Positions 49,075-59,042 of a DNA stretch of 64,000 bases are shown in pieces. The stretch comes from Planktothrix sp. GU0601_MAG3 (GTDB taxonomy: Bacteria; Cyanobacteriota; Cyanobacteriia; Cyanobacteriales; Microcoleaceae). The translations under genes were made by a program, and so were the position numbers. Location: assembly GCA_035193785.1 (NCBI GenBank), contig CP136572.1, positions 2,708,578 through 2,772,577 of the forward strand. The letters run 5' to 3'. Each line of letters begins with the position of its first letter. The stretch's first letter is position 1. The notes under the pieces were generated by a model that searched no databases, had not been told where the DNA came from, and saw only the letters and a list, made by a program, of their open reading frames with translations.

Positions 49075-51316
49075 TCAGAGAGGGTTTGGCTTTTCCACAA
49101 TTGATTGATAATTTATCCGTCGAATTGCGACCAATGAGGGTTTAGGGGGATCATTGGGTTGCTTACCAGGCCAGTTGGAGCCCAAAGGAACTTGACGAGT
49201 TTGCATAAATTCTTCGCCTTGGGTTGTTTGCAAAGCAAATTGCAGGGTTTGTGTTGCCCCATCCTGGCGGGTTTGGTTGTACTCCCCCGGATGTTGGACA
49301 GCAACAAATAGGGTTTTTTGATCGGGCGTAAAAAACGGCCCACTCAGTTCGCAGTCCATTGGCCCGATAGCAAATAAAAAAGCCTGACCTAGATATTCTC
49401 CCGATGTCGGAAGAAACCAAAGGGAATTATTGCCATACAGACCCAATAAATCCTTGCCTTCCAAGGGGTTTTGGTTGTCATGCAGACGACCCGGGGCAAC
49501 GGGTTGATTCTGTTGGTTGGTGGCAATATCCGTAACCATCCATAAATTCCCGATCGCATCCAGGGCTAAATTATCGGGGTTGGAAAATCCCAAACCCCCT
49601 TGGGCGACTTCTCCTCCGGTGGCGACCATTTCCCATTGAAAGGTCATTGCCTGGGGAACATTCCCTTCTTCTACTAACCGCATCACCCATCCGTATTCAT
49701 ACTGCTTTTTTTTAGCAGGAGCTTGAAAAATTTCCAGATTAGGGCCACCGGTTTTGGGATCGGCTGATCCCGATGTAAAAGCAATAAATAGGCTTCCATC
49801 TGGCCCGACTTCTGTGTCTTCGGGACGGGCGGCACAGGTCGCGCCCACAGCACTCGCGGCCAAATGGGCATCAATTAAAATTGCGCCCTGTTGTTCTTCT
49901 GGATTTCCGGTGTACAAATCTCCTAGGGTCTGAAACCGTCGCTTAAAGTTTTGGATATCTTTATCGGTTTTAGCAATAAAACTTCCTCCCTTGGGTCGTT
50001 GGGGTAGGGCAATAATTCCCCCAGCATGAAGATGGGGCTGATCGGGATCTAGGGTCGTATCGGCTTTTAAAGGAATCCAGCGCCCTGTACCATCGGGATT
50101 GAATTTAGCCGCATATAACATCCCATCGGTTAATAACTGGGAATTTTTTTTGTCCTGGGGGTTTTTAACTGTCCCTTTACTTACAAATTTATAGAGGTGT
50201 CCGTTTCGGCGATCGCATCCTGAATAAAACGCTAAGGGTTGACCCACTTCCACCCGAATTCCCACCGCTTCGTGGCGATAACGTCCTAACCAAGTATGTT
50301 TTGTGCCATAGTCCTGGGGGTTAGCTGGATCAATTTCCACCATCCAACCATACTTATTCCCCGCCAGTCCCAACACATTCCCTAAACCCTCCATTTTTTT
50401 AAATAAAAACGGCAATTCACTGGGCGGATAGACTGTACCATCGGGATAAACGGTTTCGGTCACCTGACTTTGGAAATTTTCCTCCGCACTCAATACCGTC
50501 CCCCAGGGAGTTGTTTCCCCCGGCACAATTGGCAAAAGTGCCAATAATTTTGGCGCCTAATTGATCATTGTAGCCCTGACCCTTTTTGGTAAAGATGGCA
50601 ACGGCTGGCCCGGTGGCCTTCAAATATTGGTTATTTTTCCACCCCGATAGTCCAGTAATAACTCGATCAGTGGCCGAATAGGTTCTTACCCAACGACCAT
50701 CGGCTTGACGCTGAACCGAAATCACGCCAATACCCAAATCGGTTAACCCTTCCTGAGATAATTTTAAAATATCCTGTCGTAAGGGGTCTTTTTTCGGTAG
50801 TCCAAAGGCGTTAATTGTTTGATTTTGCCCTAAGGATTGAAGGTTTTTCAAGGGTAAAGATTGACCGATAATCTGTTCATAGGTTTCCAACCAAATATTG
50901 GCACTAATATATTCAAAGTTAACCGTTAAAAAACCTTGATCTTCCGCCGTGGCGATGAAGGAAACATAATCATTATTGTATCCAAAGCGAGAATTTCCCA
51001 CTTTGTCTCCCCAGGTGGCAATCAGATCATAGGTAAATCCTTCGGGTAAAACTAAATCATCTGTAACTTCATAGGTGCTATAGGCTTGAATTTGTTCTGC
51101 CAGGAAATTATCGCTGACTGGAATTGTAGATTGCACCAAATCCAAGGCATTAGGTAATGGCCCTTTGATCGGTTTAAACGGTAAAGATTGGGGGAATTTA
51201 GGTTCCGGCGATGAGGTAATCTTAGGTAGCTTGGAGGAATTTTGACAGGAACCCATGGCTAACGTAGTTAACCCGGCACTCAAAAACAACAGAAAATCAC
51301 GACGATTTACAGACAT
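49075..51316 (-). CDS. phoX: PhoX (DUF839) alkaline phosphatase with Tat signal (apparent error near 50513-50517)
   Basis: NRRDFL, FGYNNDY, NCAGGTTPWGTVLSAEEN after repair, LGRYRHE, RPED, NPDN, VQHPGE. Confidence 0.9.
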
Positions 51317-51435
51317 AAATTTTTGTTGATCTAGCAAAAAAATGTATTAGGAGTAAGGCTATTTAATTCTGATCAATCCCCATGATTTTAAACCCCATAG
51401 CCATATTTGAGATTTATTGAAAATCAAAAAATATT

Positions 51436-51460
51436 CCCTCTATACTCAGAGAATAGAGGG
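51436..51460 (-). terminator. Probable terminator hairpin after the SphR-like gene
   Basis: CCCTCTAT-9 nt-ATAGAGGG followed on the minus strand by AATATTTTTT. Confidence 0.45.
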
Positions 51461-51523
51461 TGGGGGGATATATTCAAAATATATTTATCAGGAGAATTAA
51501 ACAGTCCAAAAATTCATCTGATT

Positions 51524-52264
51524 TTATCCAAATCGATAGCCAAACCCCCGAACGGTAATCACATATTCGGGTTTGCTAGGATCTAATTCTAGGTTTTCGC
51601 GTAACCAGCGAATATGAACATCAACAGTTTTGCTATCCCCGATGAAATCCTGTCCCCAAATTATGTCTAATAATTGTTCCCGTGACCAAACTCGCCGAGG
51701 ATAACTCAGAAATAACTCTAATAAACGAAACTGTTTAGGAGATAGCTTCACCTCTTGACCACGAACCAGAACCCGACATTCCTCTTGATACAAAATCACT
51801 TCTTTATATTGCAGCATAACCGGTTCCGGCAGTTGAGAATAGCGTCTTCGTCGCATTAAGGCTCGACAACGCGCCATAAACTCCCGCATTCCGAAGGGTT
51901 TGGTTAAATAGTCGTCGGCTCCCGCTTCTAAATAAAAAGCCGAATTATTTGCACTTTCCCGCAACCCAATAATTAAAATGGCGACGGAATTTCCTTGATG
52001 TCGTAACATACGACACAGATCTAAACCGTTGATCGAGTCCATAATTAAAAGGTTGAATGGAAAATCGCCGACGGGATAATTATGGTTTTGGATTGAGGGG
52101 AAAGCATCCCGTCCATCTGATGTCACCGTAACCCGATAACCCTGTTCTTCCAGAGCTAGGGAAAGCATTTCTCGCCAAGACTGTTCGTTTTCCAAAAGTA
52201 AGATATGGCCATTTTGTCTTACATCAGAACGGTAAGGACTCTTGCTTAATTCAGGAGAAAACAT
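51524..52264 (-). CDS. OmpR/PhoB-family response regulator, SphR-like
   Basis: GADDYLTKPF, LSPKQFRLLELF..RVWSREQLL, DSKTVDVHIRWLR, TVRGFGYRFG. Confidence 0.88.
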   Translation of the reverse strand: MFSPELSKSPYRSDVRQNGHILLLENEQSWREMLSLALEEQGYRVTVTSDGRDAFPSIQNHNYPVGDFPFNLLIMDSINGLDLCRMLRHQGNSVAILIIGLRESANNSAFYLEAGADDYLTKPFGMREFMARCRALMRRRRYSQLPEPVMLQYKEVILYQEECRVLVRGQEVKLSPKQFRLLELFLSYPRRVWSREQLLDIIWGQDFIGDSKTVDVHIRWLRENLELDPSKPEYVITVRGFGYRFG

Positions 52265-52561
52265 AGAAAAATTTTCGTGGGTTGGATGAGTGGAAGTTTT
52301 GAAAACTGGCTATTGTCGCCACAAGTAACTAGACATTCTGAGGAGTTAGTCCAGTGTCAACCATCCAACGTAATTATGTTCTCCGTTACGAATCCCTTCA
52401 CATAGAGACGACCGATATTGGACTGCTAAGGGAAATCCAACCCCTGAGTTTGTTTGGGGGTCGCCAGACTCATCCTGATTTAGCCTCGATTCTAGGTTTT
52501 TAAGCATTGTTCACGCTCAATTTGCCTGGTTGTTGGAAATCTGATTATAGGAGACAGCTTC

Positions 52562-52616
52562 ATAGTATTAGGGGAAGGTTAACACAAGGTAAAGGCTTAG
52601 TAATCTTCTGGTTAAA
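52562..52616 (-). promoter_or_regulatory. Pho box (four 8-mers at 11-bp period) with downstream -10
   Basis: TTTAACCA-gaa-GATTACTA-agc-CTTTACCT-tgt-GTTAACCT then TACTAT; fits the cyanobacterial PyTTAAPyPy(T/A) repeat. Confidence 0.75.
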
Positions 52617-52773
52617 TTATTCTAATCAAATTAAAGTTTTGAGCGGGTCGTCCCTTGGGTTACTAGGGGGTCAATTCCTAGAATCGGTTTAACTTTTGTT
52701 TTTATTTAGTGAACAAACAACTCAGGTACAATAAGAGTAGATCTGAGATTTTAAATTTTTTTAACTCAATATA

Positions 52774-53518
52774 ATGTTACTACATCTGAGCACCTGGCAA
52801 GAAGTGGAAGTTTACCTAACCCACTCCGGCGGTATTATTATTCCTATCGGTTCCACGGAACAACATGGCCCAACTGGATTGATCGGCACTGATGCGATTT
52901 GCGCCGAAGCGATCGCCAAGGGAGTAGGAGAAGCAACCAAGGCTTTAGTTAGCCCGACTATCAATGTTGGTATGGCATTACACCACACGGCTTTTCCAGG
53001 TACTATCAGTCTGCGACCGACCACTCTAATTCAAGTAATCAATGATTATATCACAAGTTTAGCGAAAGTTGGGTTCACGCACTACTTTTTTATTAATGGA
53101 CATGGGGGAAATATTGCTACCCTGAAGGCGGCTTTTTCTGAAACCTATAGCCATTTAGCCGATATCAACATACCCAAAGCCCATCAGGTGAAATGTCAAA
53201 TCGGCAATTGGTTTATGTGTGGCTCAGTCTATAAATTAGCAAAAGAACTCTATGGCGATCAAGAAGGTTCCCATGCCACACCCAGCGAAGTCGCCTTAAC
53301 CCAATATGTTTATCCTGATTCGATTAAACAAGGTTTCCTGACATCGGAAGTGGCTAGGGGATATCCAATTTATGGCTCAGAGGATTTTCGCCAACACTAT
53401 CCCGATGGTCGGATGGGATCTAACCCCGCCTTGGCCACCCCGGAACATGGTCAACAATTTTATGAGTTAGCTGTAAAGGAAACTTAGTCAAAGCTATTTA
53501 GATTTTCTCAGCAATTAG
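52774..53518 (+). CDS. Creatininase/creatinine amidohydrolase family protein (apparent error near 53479-53483)
   Basis: PIGSTEQHGP, INGHGGN, SHATPSE. Confidence 0.88.
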
Positions 53519-53685
53519 TAATTAGTAATCAGTGAAAGAGTCAACAGTTTATAATTTATCGGTTGGGAAGTTAATAAACTGTTTAGTATTTAAACTCTAT
53601 ATCCTAGTCAGCAGGAATTTTACGATTTCCCAATCTCAGGTTTAGCTGCTTAATAGCTTGGGTTATTTTTGCGAATGATAACTGA

Positions 53686-54267
53686 TTAGGCTCGGGCGCG
53701 AAATTCTATGGTATCTTCTTTAATTGAGATATCGTAATTTCCGAAAAAACTTTGTCCTAGAAGTCCAATTTCTAATACGGGAGAAATAGAAACTTCTATA
53801 TCTTTCATCTGTAACCCTCCGACATTAATAGAATTTACACGACCAATTTCTTGATTGATTTGGCGATCACTGGCCGTATTAACAGGTACAACTCCAGTGG
53901 GTTTAATGGCTAAAGCTGATGCCATTTCAGCAGTAATGACAACTCCACTTGCTCCCGTATCTAACAACATTTCAAAGGATTTTTGATCATTAAAATTAAC
54001 ATCAATAACTGGAATTCCTCCTTGTCGGCGTTTAATAGGGATTTGAAAAATTCCTTCGGTTTTCGGTTGAGTAGACAGGGGAGCAGAAGTGGGAAATAAA
54101 CCACAAACAGACTGGGTTAAATTAACTACATCTCCAGATTTTTCCCGAACAAAACAGCCTGGATATTCTTGAGCTTTGACTGAAATACTATTTAATAAAC
54201 CTCCCGTCAAAAGGAAAGTAAAACTAAGTTTAAGGGTATAGGAACGGATCGAAATTGCCTTGATCAT
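53686..54267 (-). CDS. Exported retropepsin-like aspartic protease
   Basis: MLLDTGAS, GLLGQSFF; signal-like N-terminus. Confidence 0.85.
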   Translation of the reverse strand: MIKAISIRSYTLKLSFTFLLTGGLLNSISVKAQEYPGCFVREKSGDVVNLTQSVCGLFPTSAPLSTQPKTEGIFQIPIKRRQGGIPVIDVNFNDQKSFEMLLDTGASGVVITAEMASALAIKPTGVVPVNTASDRQINQEIGRVNSINVGGLQMKDIEVSISPVLEIGLLGQSFFGNYDISIKEDTIEFRARA

Positions 54268-54381
54268 AGTCTCACCCCGTTATTCTGATTGAAAAATTAG
54301 AGCGTTCAATCCTTAAATTATTCCCCCAATATTCATCGGGACTAATTAATCCGATTGTTTCAGGGAAGTTGGGTTTATAGT

Positions 54382-55026
54382 TTATTGTCTGGATCGAAAC
54401 TCCACCACATCTTCCTTAATGGTAACATCATATTCACCAAAGAAATCTTGCCCCAATAAACCCACATTTAACATCGGAGCGATCGCCACGGTAATATTAC
54501 TTTTAACCGCCCCAGCCACATTCAGACTTTGAATAGAACCCAAATCAAATTCAACTCCCTTCTGACTCGGTGTATCTGCTTTAACTCGACCAGTAGGAAC
54601 GACATTTAACTGTCCCGCCATCATAGGAGTAATTACCGTCCCACTAGCCCCGGTATCCACCATCATTTCAAAGGTAACTTGATCATTAAATATGGCTTCA
54701 ATTATCGGAATTCCCTGTTCTTTTTTGATAATTTTAGCTTGATAAACTCCAGGGGTTGAGAGGGGAGAACCAATCATTTTTTCGTCAGTTTGTGGAAAGA
54801 TGCAGAGGTTTCCATTTAAAGACATAACCTCTCCAGCTTTTGTTTTCAAAAAACAACCCGGATGTTCTTGAGACAAAGCACCAATCCCATTGGTAAATAT
54901 TAACCCGGTTGTTGATAATAAAATCGAAAACCGGGAGATGAATTGAGATAAACTTTGATTCGGAACTTGATGAGTCACCAACCTGACAAAACAAGGGGAA
55001 TTGTGCATGATTTCAATAGTTCTCAA
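54382..55026 (-). CDS. Exported retropepsin-like aspartic protease (tandem paralogue)
   Basis: MMVDTGAS, GLLGQDFF. Confidence 0.85.
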   Translation of the reverse strand: MRTIEIMHNSPCFVRLVTHQVPNQSLSQFISRFSILLSTTGLIFTNGIGALSQEHPGCFLKTKAGEVMSLNGNLCIFPQTDEKMIGSPLSTPGVYQAKIIKKEQGIPIIEAIFNDQVTFEMMVDTGASGTVITPMMAGQLNVVPTGRVKADTPSQKGVEFDLGSIQSLNVAGAVKSNITVAIAPMLNVGLLGQDFFGEYDVTIKEDVVEFRSRQ

Positions 55027-55251
55027 TAATTAATTCAAGGGTTGACAGGGGTATGTCAATTTTTCCCAAAAAATACTAGCCTCAAACCAGAAATGCCAAA
55101 ACAGATAACCTCTTTCTGTGATTGGGTATCTTTTGGGTGATCAATTTAGGGTCAAGACCTTAGAAAAATTTTACCCCTCAATTGAGAACGATAGATCTTT
55201 TCGAGGTATCCTAAACAATCGGAACCAAAGTCAGTTCGTTTAAGGAAGTCT

Positions 55252-55578
55252 GTGAAATACTTTTTTTTAACCGATGGATGGACAATTGGACGAGTCTGGG
55301 GAGTAGGGGGTCTGTGGGATCAAGCTCTGCGGCGTCGTCCACCGGATATTCAAAAAATGGATTTGTGTCTGTGGGATCAGAAACAACAGGAAAAAATGTG
55401 GCTGTATCGGGTGGAAGATTCTGTTTTGATGTTAGAAGTCAGACCAGATCTCAACACAACCAGCGACTCCCCTAATACCATTGGTCAAGTAGTTCTCACC
55501 CGCTTAATTACGGCTGAACAAGTCCTAGAACGTTTAGCCAGTGCTGCAACGGAATGTCAAATTAACCACAGCCTATAA
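55252..55578 (+). CDS. Conserved cyanobacterial hypothetical protein
   Basis: RBS-like AAGGAAG, GTG start, intact 108-aa ORF. Confidence 0.65.
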   Translation: MKYFFLTDGWTIGRVWGVGGLWDQALRRRPPDIQKMDLCLWDQKQQEKMWLYRVEDSVLMLEVRPDLNTTSDSPNTIGQVVLTRLITAEQVLERLASAATECQINHSL

Positions 55579-55618
55579 TCGGTGTGGGATTAATTGTGGT
55601 CAGGACTCTTGATATTAT

Positions 55619-55986
55619 CGAAAAATTGGGTCTAAAACCCCGTTTCTTTAGTTAGGCTTTATATTAGAATATAGATGGTCGCTGACCCATCCGCGACGAT
55701 GGATTCAGACAGCCTAACGAGCGAAGTCCAGGTTCACTGGCGGCGCAGAAAAATCGGTAGACCGGGAAAAAGAGGATAGGGCAATGGGCAATCCACCCCT
55801 ATAATCAACCTAGTATAGATATTTTTGTTAAATATCGACCCATAGGAACCGCAGGACTTGCGGGGATAGTCTGTGGAGCGAACGTAAGACCAAGACTTTT
55901 TGAGGGTGGAGGCAGTTGCCAAGAAGCAGAAACCTAAATCGTGAGGTTTAGGAATTGCCGCACTTTTAGGGCGGTGAGGATGTCAA
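55619..55986 (+). mobile_element. Non-autonomous IS200/IS605 derivative: left end, non-tnp interior, tnpB-3'/omegaRNA-like right end
   Basis: Left end AAAAATTGGGTCTAAAACCCCG; 55845-55986 resembles a tnpB tail, ending in hairpin CCGCACTTTTAGGGCGG and TGTCAA. Confidence 0.7.
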
Positions 55987-56132
55987 AATTGCTGCTCTTT
56001 TGAAAACCTTAGTGTCTTTAGACCTGAAAATGTCAAAAAGCACTGGACAAAGAGGGGCAAAAACTCTTAAAACAACTAGAGAATCAACTTATTCTCTATA
56101 CCAGAAAATAAATAATTTGGTTCAATTAATTT

Positions 56133-56334
56133 AGTCGGGCGGGACAGGCCCGAACTCTAGGCTTGTATCGTAGTAAGATGATTAGAGATAGACCCTCTGG
56201 GGTAGCTGTGACTTAGACTTTGTAATTAGTACAGTAGTACGGTTAGCAGGTTTAAGAATTGCCGCAAGGACATAGTGCTTAAAGGTCAGTCGCTCAATCA
56301 AGAATCCTCGTCTCTTTAGGGCGGGGAGTGTCAA
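56133..56334 (+). mobile_element. Second IS200/IS605 right-end (omegaRNA-like) relic just upstream of psbB
   Basis: GTCGGGCGGGACAGGCCCGAAC hairpin ... CAAGAATCCTCGTCTCTTTAGGGCGGGGAGTGTCAA. Confidence 0.55.
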
Positions 56335-56372
56335 AAAAAAGTAACCATTATCAATTAGAAGGAGCGTAGTCA

Positions 56373-57903
56373 ATGGGACTACCCTGGTATCGTGTACACA
56401 CAGTTGTCCTGAATGATCCGGGACGGTTGATCTCTGTACACCTGATGCACACCGCTTTGGTGGCAGGTTGGGCTGGATCTATGGCCCTTTATGAACTCGC
56501 AATTTATGATCCTTCTGATCCCGTCCTCAACCCGATGTGGCGTCAAGGGATGTTCGTCATGCCCTTCATGGCCCGCTTAGGAGTCACTCAATCTTGGGGA
56601 GGCTGGAGCCTCACCGGAGAAGCAGTAACTAACCCGGGGATTTGGTCTTTTGAAGGAGTAGCGGCTACTCACATCATTCTGTCTGGTTTACTGTTCCTCG
56701 CTGCCGTGTGGCATTGGGTCTTTTGGGATCTGGAACTGTTTACCGACCCCCGTACAGGCGAACCCGCTTTGGATTTACCCAAAATGTTTGGGATTCACCT
56801 GTTTTTATCTGGTCTGCTTTGCTTTGGTTTCGGAGCATTTCACTTAACGGGCTTATTTGGCCCGGGAATGTGGGTATCCGATCCCTACGGCATTACAGGC
56901 AGTATTCAACCCGTTGCACCCGCTTGGGGGCCAGAAGGATTTAACCCGTTTAACGCGGGGGGAATTGTGGCTCACCATATTGCTGCTGGAGTTGTGGGGA
57001 TTGTTGCGGGTCTGTTCCATCTGTCCGTTCGTCCGCCCCAAAGGTTATACAAAGCCCTGCGGATGGGGAACATTGAAACCGTCTTATCCAGTAGTATTGC
57101 CGCCGTGTTTTTCTCGGCTTTTGTCGTGGCGGGAACCATGTGGTACGGTTTCTGCTGCTACCCCGATTGAACTGTTTGGCCCTACCCGATATCAATGGGA
57201 TAGTGGTTATTTCCAACAGGAAATTCAACGCCGGGTACAGTCTAGTGTTGCCCGTGGGGATAGCTACGCCCAGGCTTGGGAAAAAATTCCTGAAAAACTT
57301 GCCTTCTATGACTATGTGGGCAATAGCCCCGCTAAAGGCGGTTTATTCCGGGTCGGCCCGATGAATAATGGCGATGGTATTGCCAAAGCTTGGTTGGGTC
57401 ATCCCTTATTCAAAGATTCTGAAGGACGGGAATTATCCGTTCGTCGTCTTCCTAACTTCTTTGAAACCTTCCCCGTGGTTCTCACGGATAAAGAGGGTGT
57501 AATTCGGGCTGATATTCCCTTCCGTCGGGCTGAATCTCGCTACAGCTTTGAACAAGCTGGGGTAACGGTTAGTTTCTATGGTGGCGACTTAGATGGCAAA
57601 ACCTTCAAGGATGCGCCCACCGTCAAGAAATACGCTCGTTTAGCTCAACAAGGGGAACCCTTCGAGTTTGATCGGGAAACCTTGGGATCGGACGGTGTGT
57701 TTCGGACGAGTACCCGTGGCTGGTTCACCTACGCTCACGCTTGCTTTGCGTTATTGTTCTTCTTTGGCCATATTTGGCACGGTTCTCGGACGATCTTCCG
57801 CGATGTGTTCGCTGGGGTGGAAGCCGATCTCGAAGAACAAGTGGAGTGGGGTCTGTTCCAAAAACTGGGTGACAAAACCACCCGTGTTAAAAAGACCGTC
57901 TAG
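56373..57903 (+). CDS. psbB: Photosystem II CP47 chlorophyll-binding protein (apparent error near 57148-57152)
   Basis: [19 protein letters not shown] ... [14 protein letters not shown] ... FQKLGDKTT. Confidence 0.98.
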
Positions 57904-57955
57904 GATATCTCTAGTTCGGGCCTGTGGGGTATTTTTGTAAACCCTAATTTTCAAC

Positions 57956-57993
57956 AGAGTTGGAACTTTATTCGTGAAGTTTCCAACTCTTTC
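57956..57993 (+). terminator. Hairpin/terminator after psbB
   Basis: AGAGTTGGAAC...GTTTCCAACTCT followed by TTC. Confidence 0.55.
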
Positions 57994-57998
57994 TTGAT

Positions 57999-58074
57999 CA
58001 AAAAATTGGGTCTAAAACCCCTAACCTAAATCTTGGGGTTTAGGAATCACCGTACTTTTAGCGGTGAGTATGTC
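57999..58074 (+). mobile_element. 76-bp miniature IS200/IS605 derivative (left end fused to right end)
   Basis: TTGAT|CAAAAAATTGGGTCTAAAACCCC joined to AACCTAAATCTTGGGGTTTAGGAATCACCGTACTTTTAGCGGTGAGTATGTC; both parts match the 55619-55986 element. Confidence 0.75.
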
Positions 58075-58124
58075 TGTGGGGAATGGTAGACTGTGATAAA
58101 ACAATAGGTTTAGGAAAAATTGAC

Positions 58125-58220
58125 ATGGAAAGTGTTGCTTACATCTTAGTTTTGACATTGGCTTTGGGGGTTCTCTTTTTTGCAATTGCCTTCCGAGAAC
58201 CGCCTCGGATTGGTAAATAA
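58125..58220 (+). CDS. psbT: Photosystem II reaction centre protein T
   Basis: [31 protein letters not shown] (absent from ORF track); follows psbB. Confidence 0.96.
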   Translation: MESVAYILVLTLALGVLFFAIAFREPPRIGK

Positions 58221-58244
58221 CTAAATTAGAGCATCTTCGTCCAC

Positions 58245-58384
58245 TCCAATACTGAGTCATGGGGTTTGGGGTTGGTTTAGCGCTTTTTGCACTGAGGAAA
58301 CCCAAATACCCCTAAATTTTCCCCAGGGATTCGGGTGTTCACCGGTTTAAATAAAACCATAAATACCCATAACTCAGTATTGGA
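58245..58384. repeat. 140-bp element with 19-bp terminal inverted repeat
   Basis: TCCAATACTGAGTCATGGG ... CCCATAACTCAGTATTGGA. Confidence 0.6.
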
Positions 58385-58469
58385 TTGTTAAAGAGTTAAA
58401 GGCTGTGCTTTGTAATCGCTGATCAAAAAACAACTGTTCAGTGAAACAACCGCTCAAAGGACGTTAATC

Positions 58470-59042
58470 ATGCAGTGTCCAGTTTGTCAATATACGAATA
58501 GTCGAGTGCTTGAGTCGCGGGCTGCTGAATCTGGTAAAAGCATTCGGCGACGAAGGGAATGTCTCCAGTGTCAGCATCGTTTTACCACCTATGAACGGAT
58601 TGAATTTGTTCCGATTACGGTGATGAAGCGGGACGGAAAACGGGAGTCCTTTGACCGTTCTAAGTTACTGCGAGGAATGGTTCGAGCTTGTGAAAAAACA
58701 GGACTTTCTGCTACGGATTTAGAATCAATTATTGATGAAATTGAAGCGGAACTACAACAACGTTCCCAACGGGAAATTCCGACCCAGGAAATCGGAGAAT
58801 TGGTTTTGCACCGACTTAAATCCTTGAGTGAAGTGGCTTATGTCCGATTTGCTTCGGTTTATCGGCAATTTCAAGGGATTCGAGACTTTGCAGAAGCGTT
58901 GAACCACTTTGAAACGGGCAATGATCATGCTCAAGAGTCAGAACTCGTTGCAGAAGAAGATTCTGTTTGTACCTTTGAGAATTCATCAATCGATACCTCT
59001 GGTTCTCTGTGTTCTGCATCCGTACTCGGATCTCAACATTAA
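58470..59042 (+). CDS. nrdR: Transcriptional repressor NrdR
   Basis: MQCPVC..SRVLESR..IRRRREC..RFTTYE; ATP cone; [10 protein letters not shown]. Confidence 0.96.
   Translation: MQCPVCQYTNSRVLESRAAESGKSIRRRRECLQCQHRFTTYERIEFVPITVMKRDGKRESFDRSKLLRGMVRACEKTGLSATDLESIIDEIEAELQQRSQREIPTQEIGELVLHRLKSLSEVAYVRFASVYRQFQGIRDFAEALNHFETGNDHAQESELVAEEDSVCTFENSSIDTSGSLCSASVLGSQH

Noticed and set aside
55675..55765. Hammerhead-like layout (GTC, stem, CTAACGA, stem, GAAA)
   Set aside because: The core deviates from CUGANGA at an essential G and stem III does not pair; kept only as unexplained structure.
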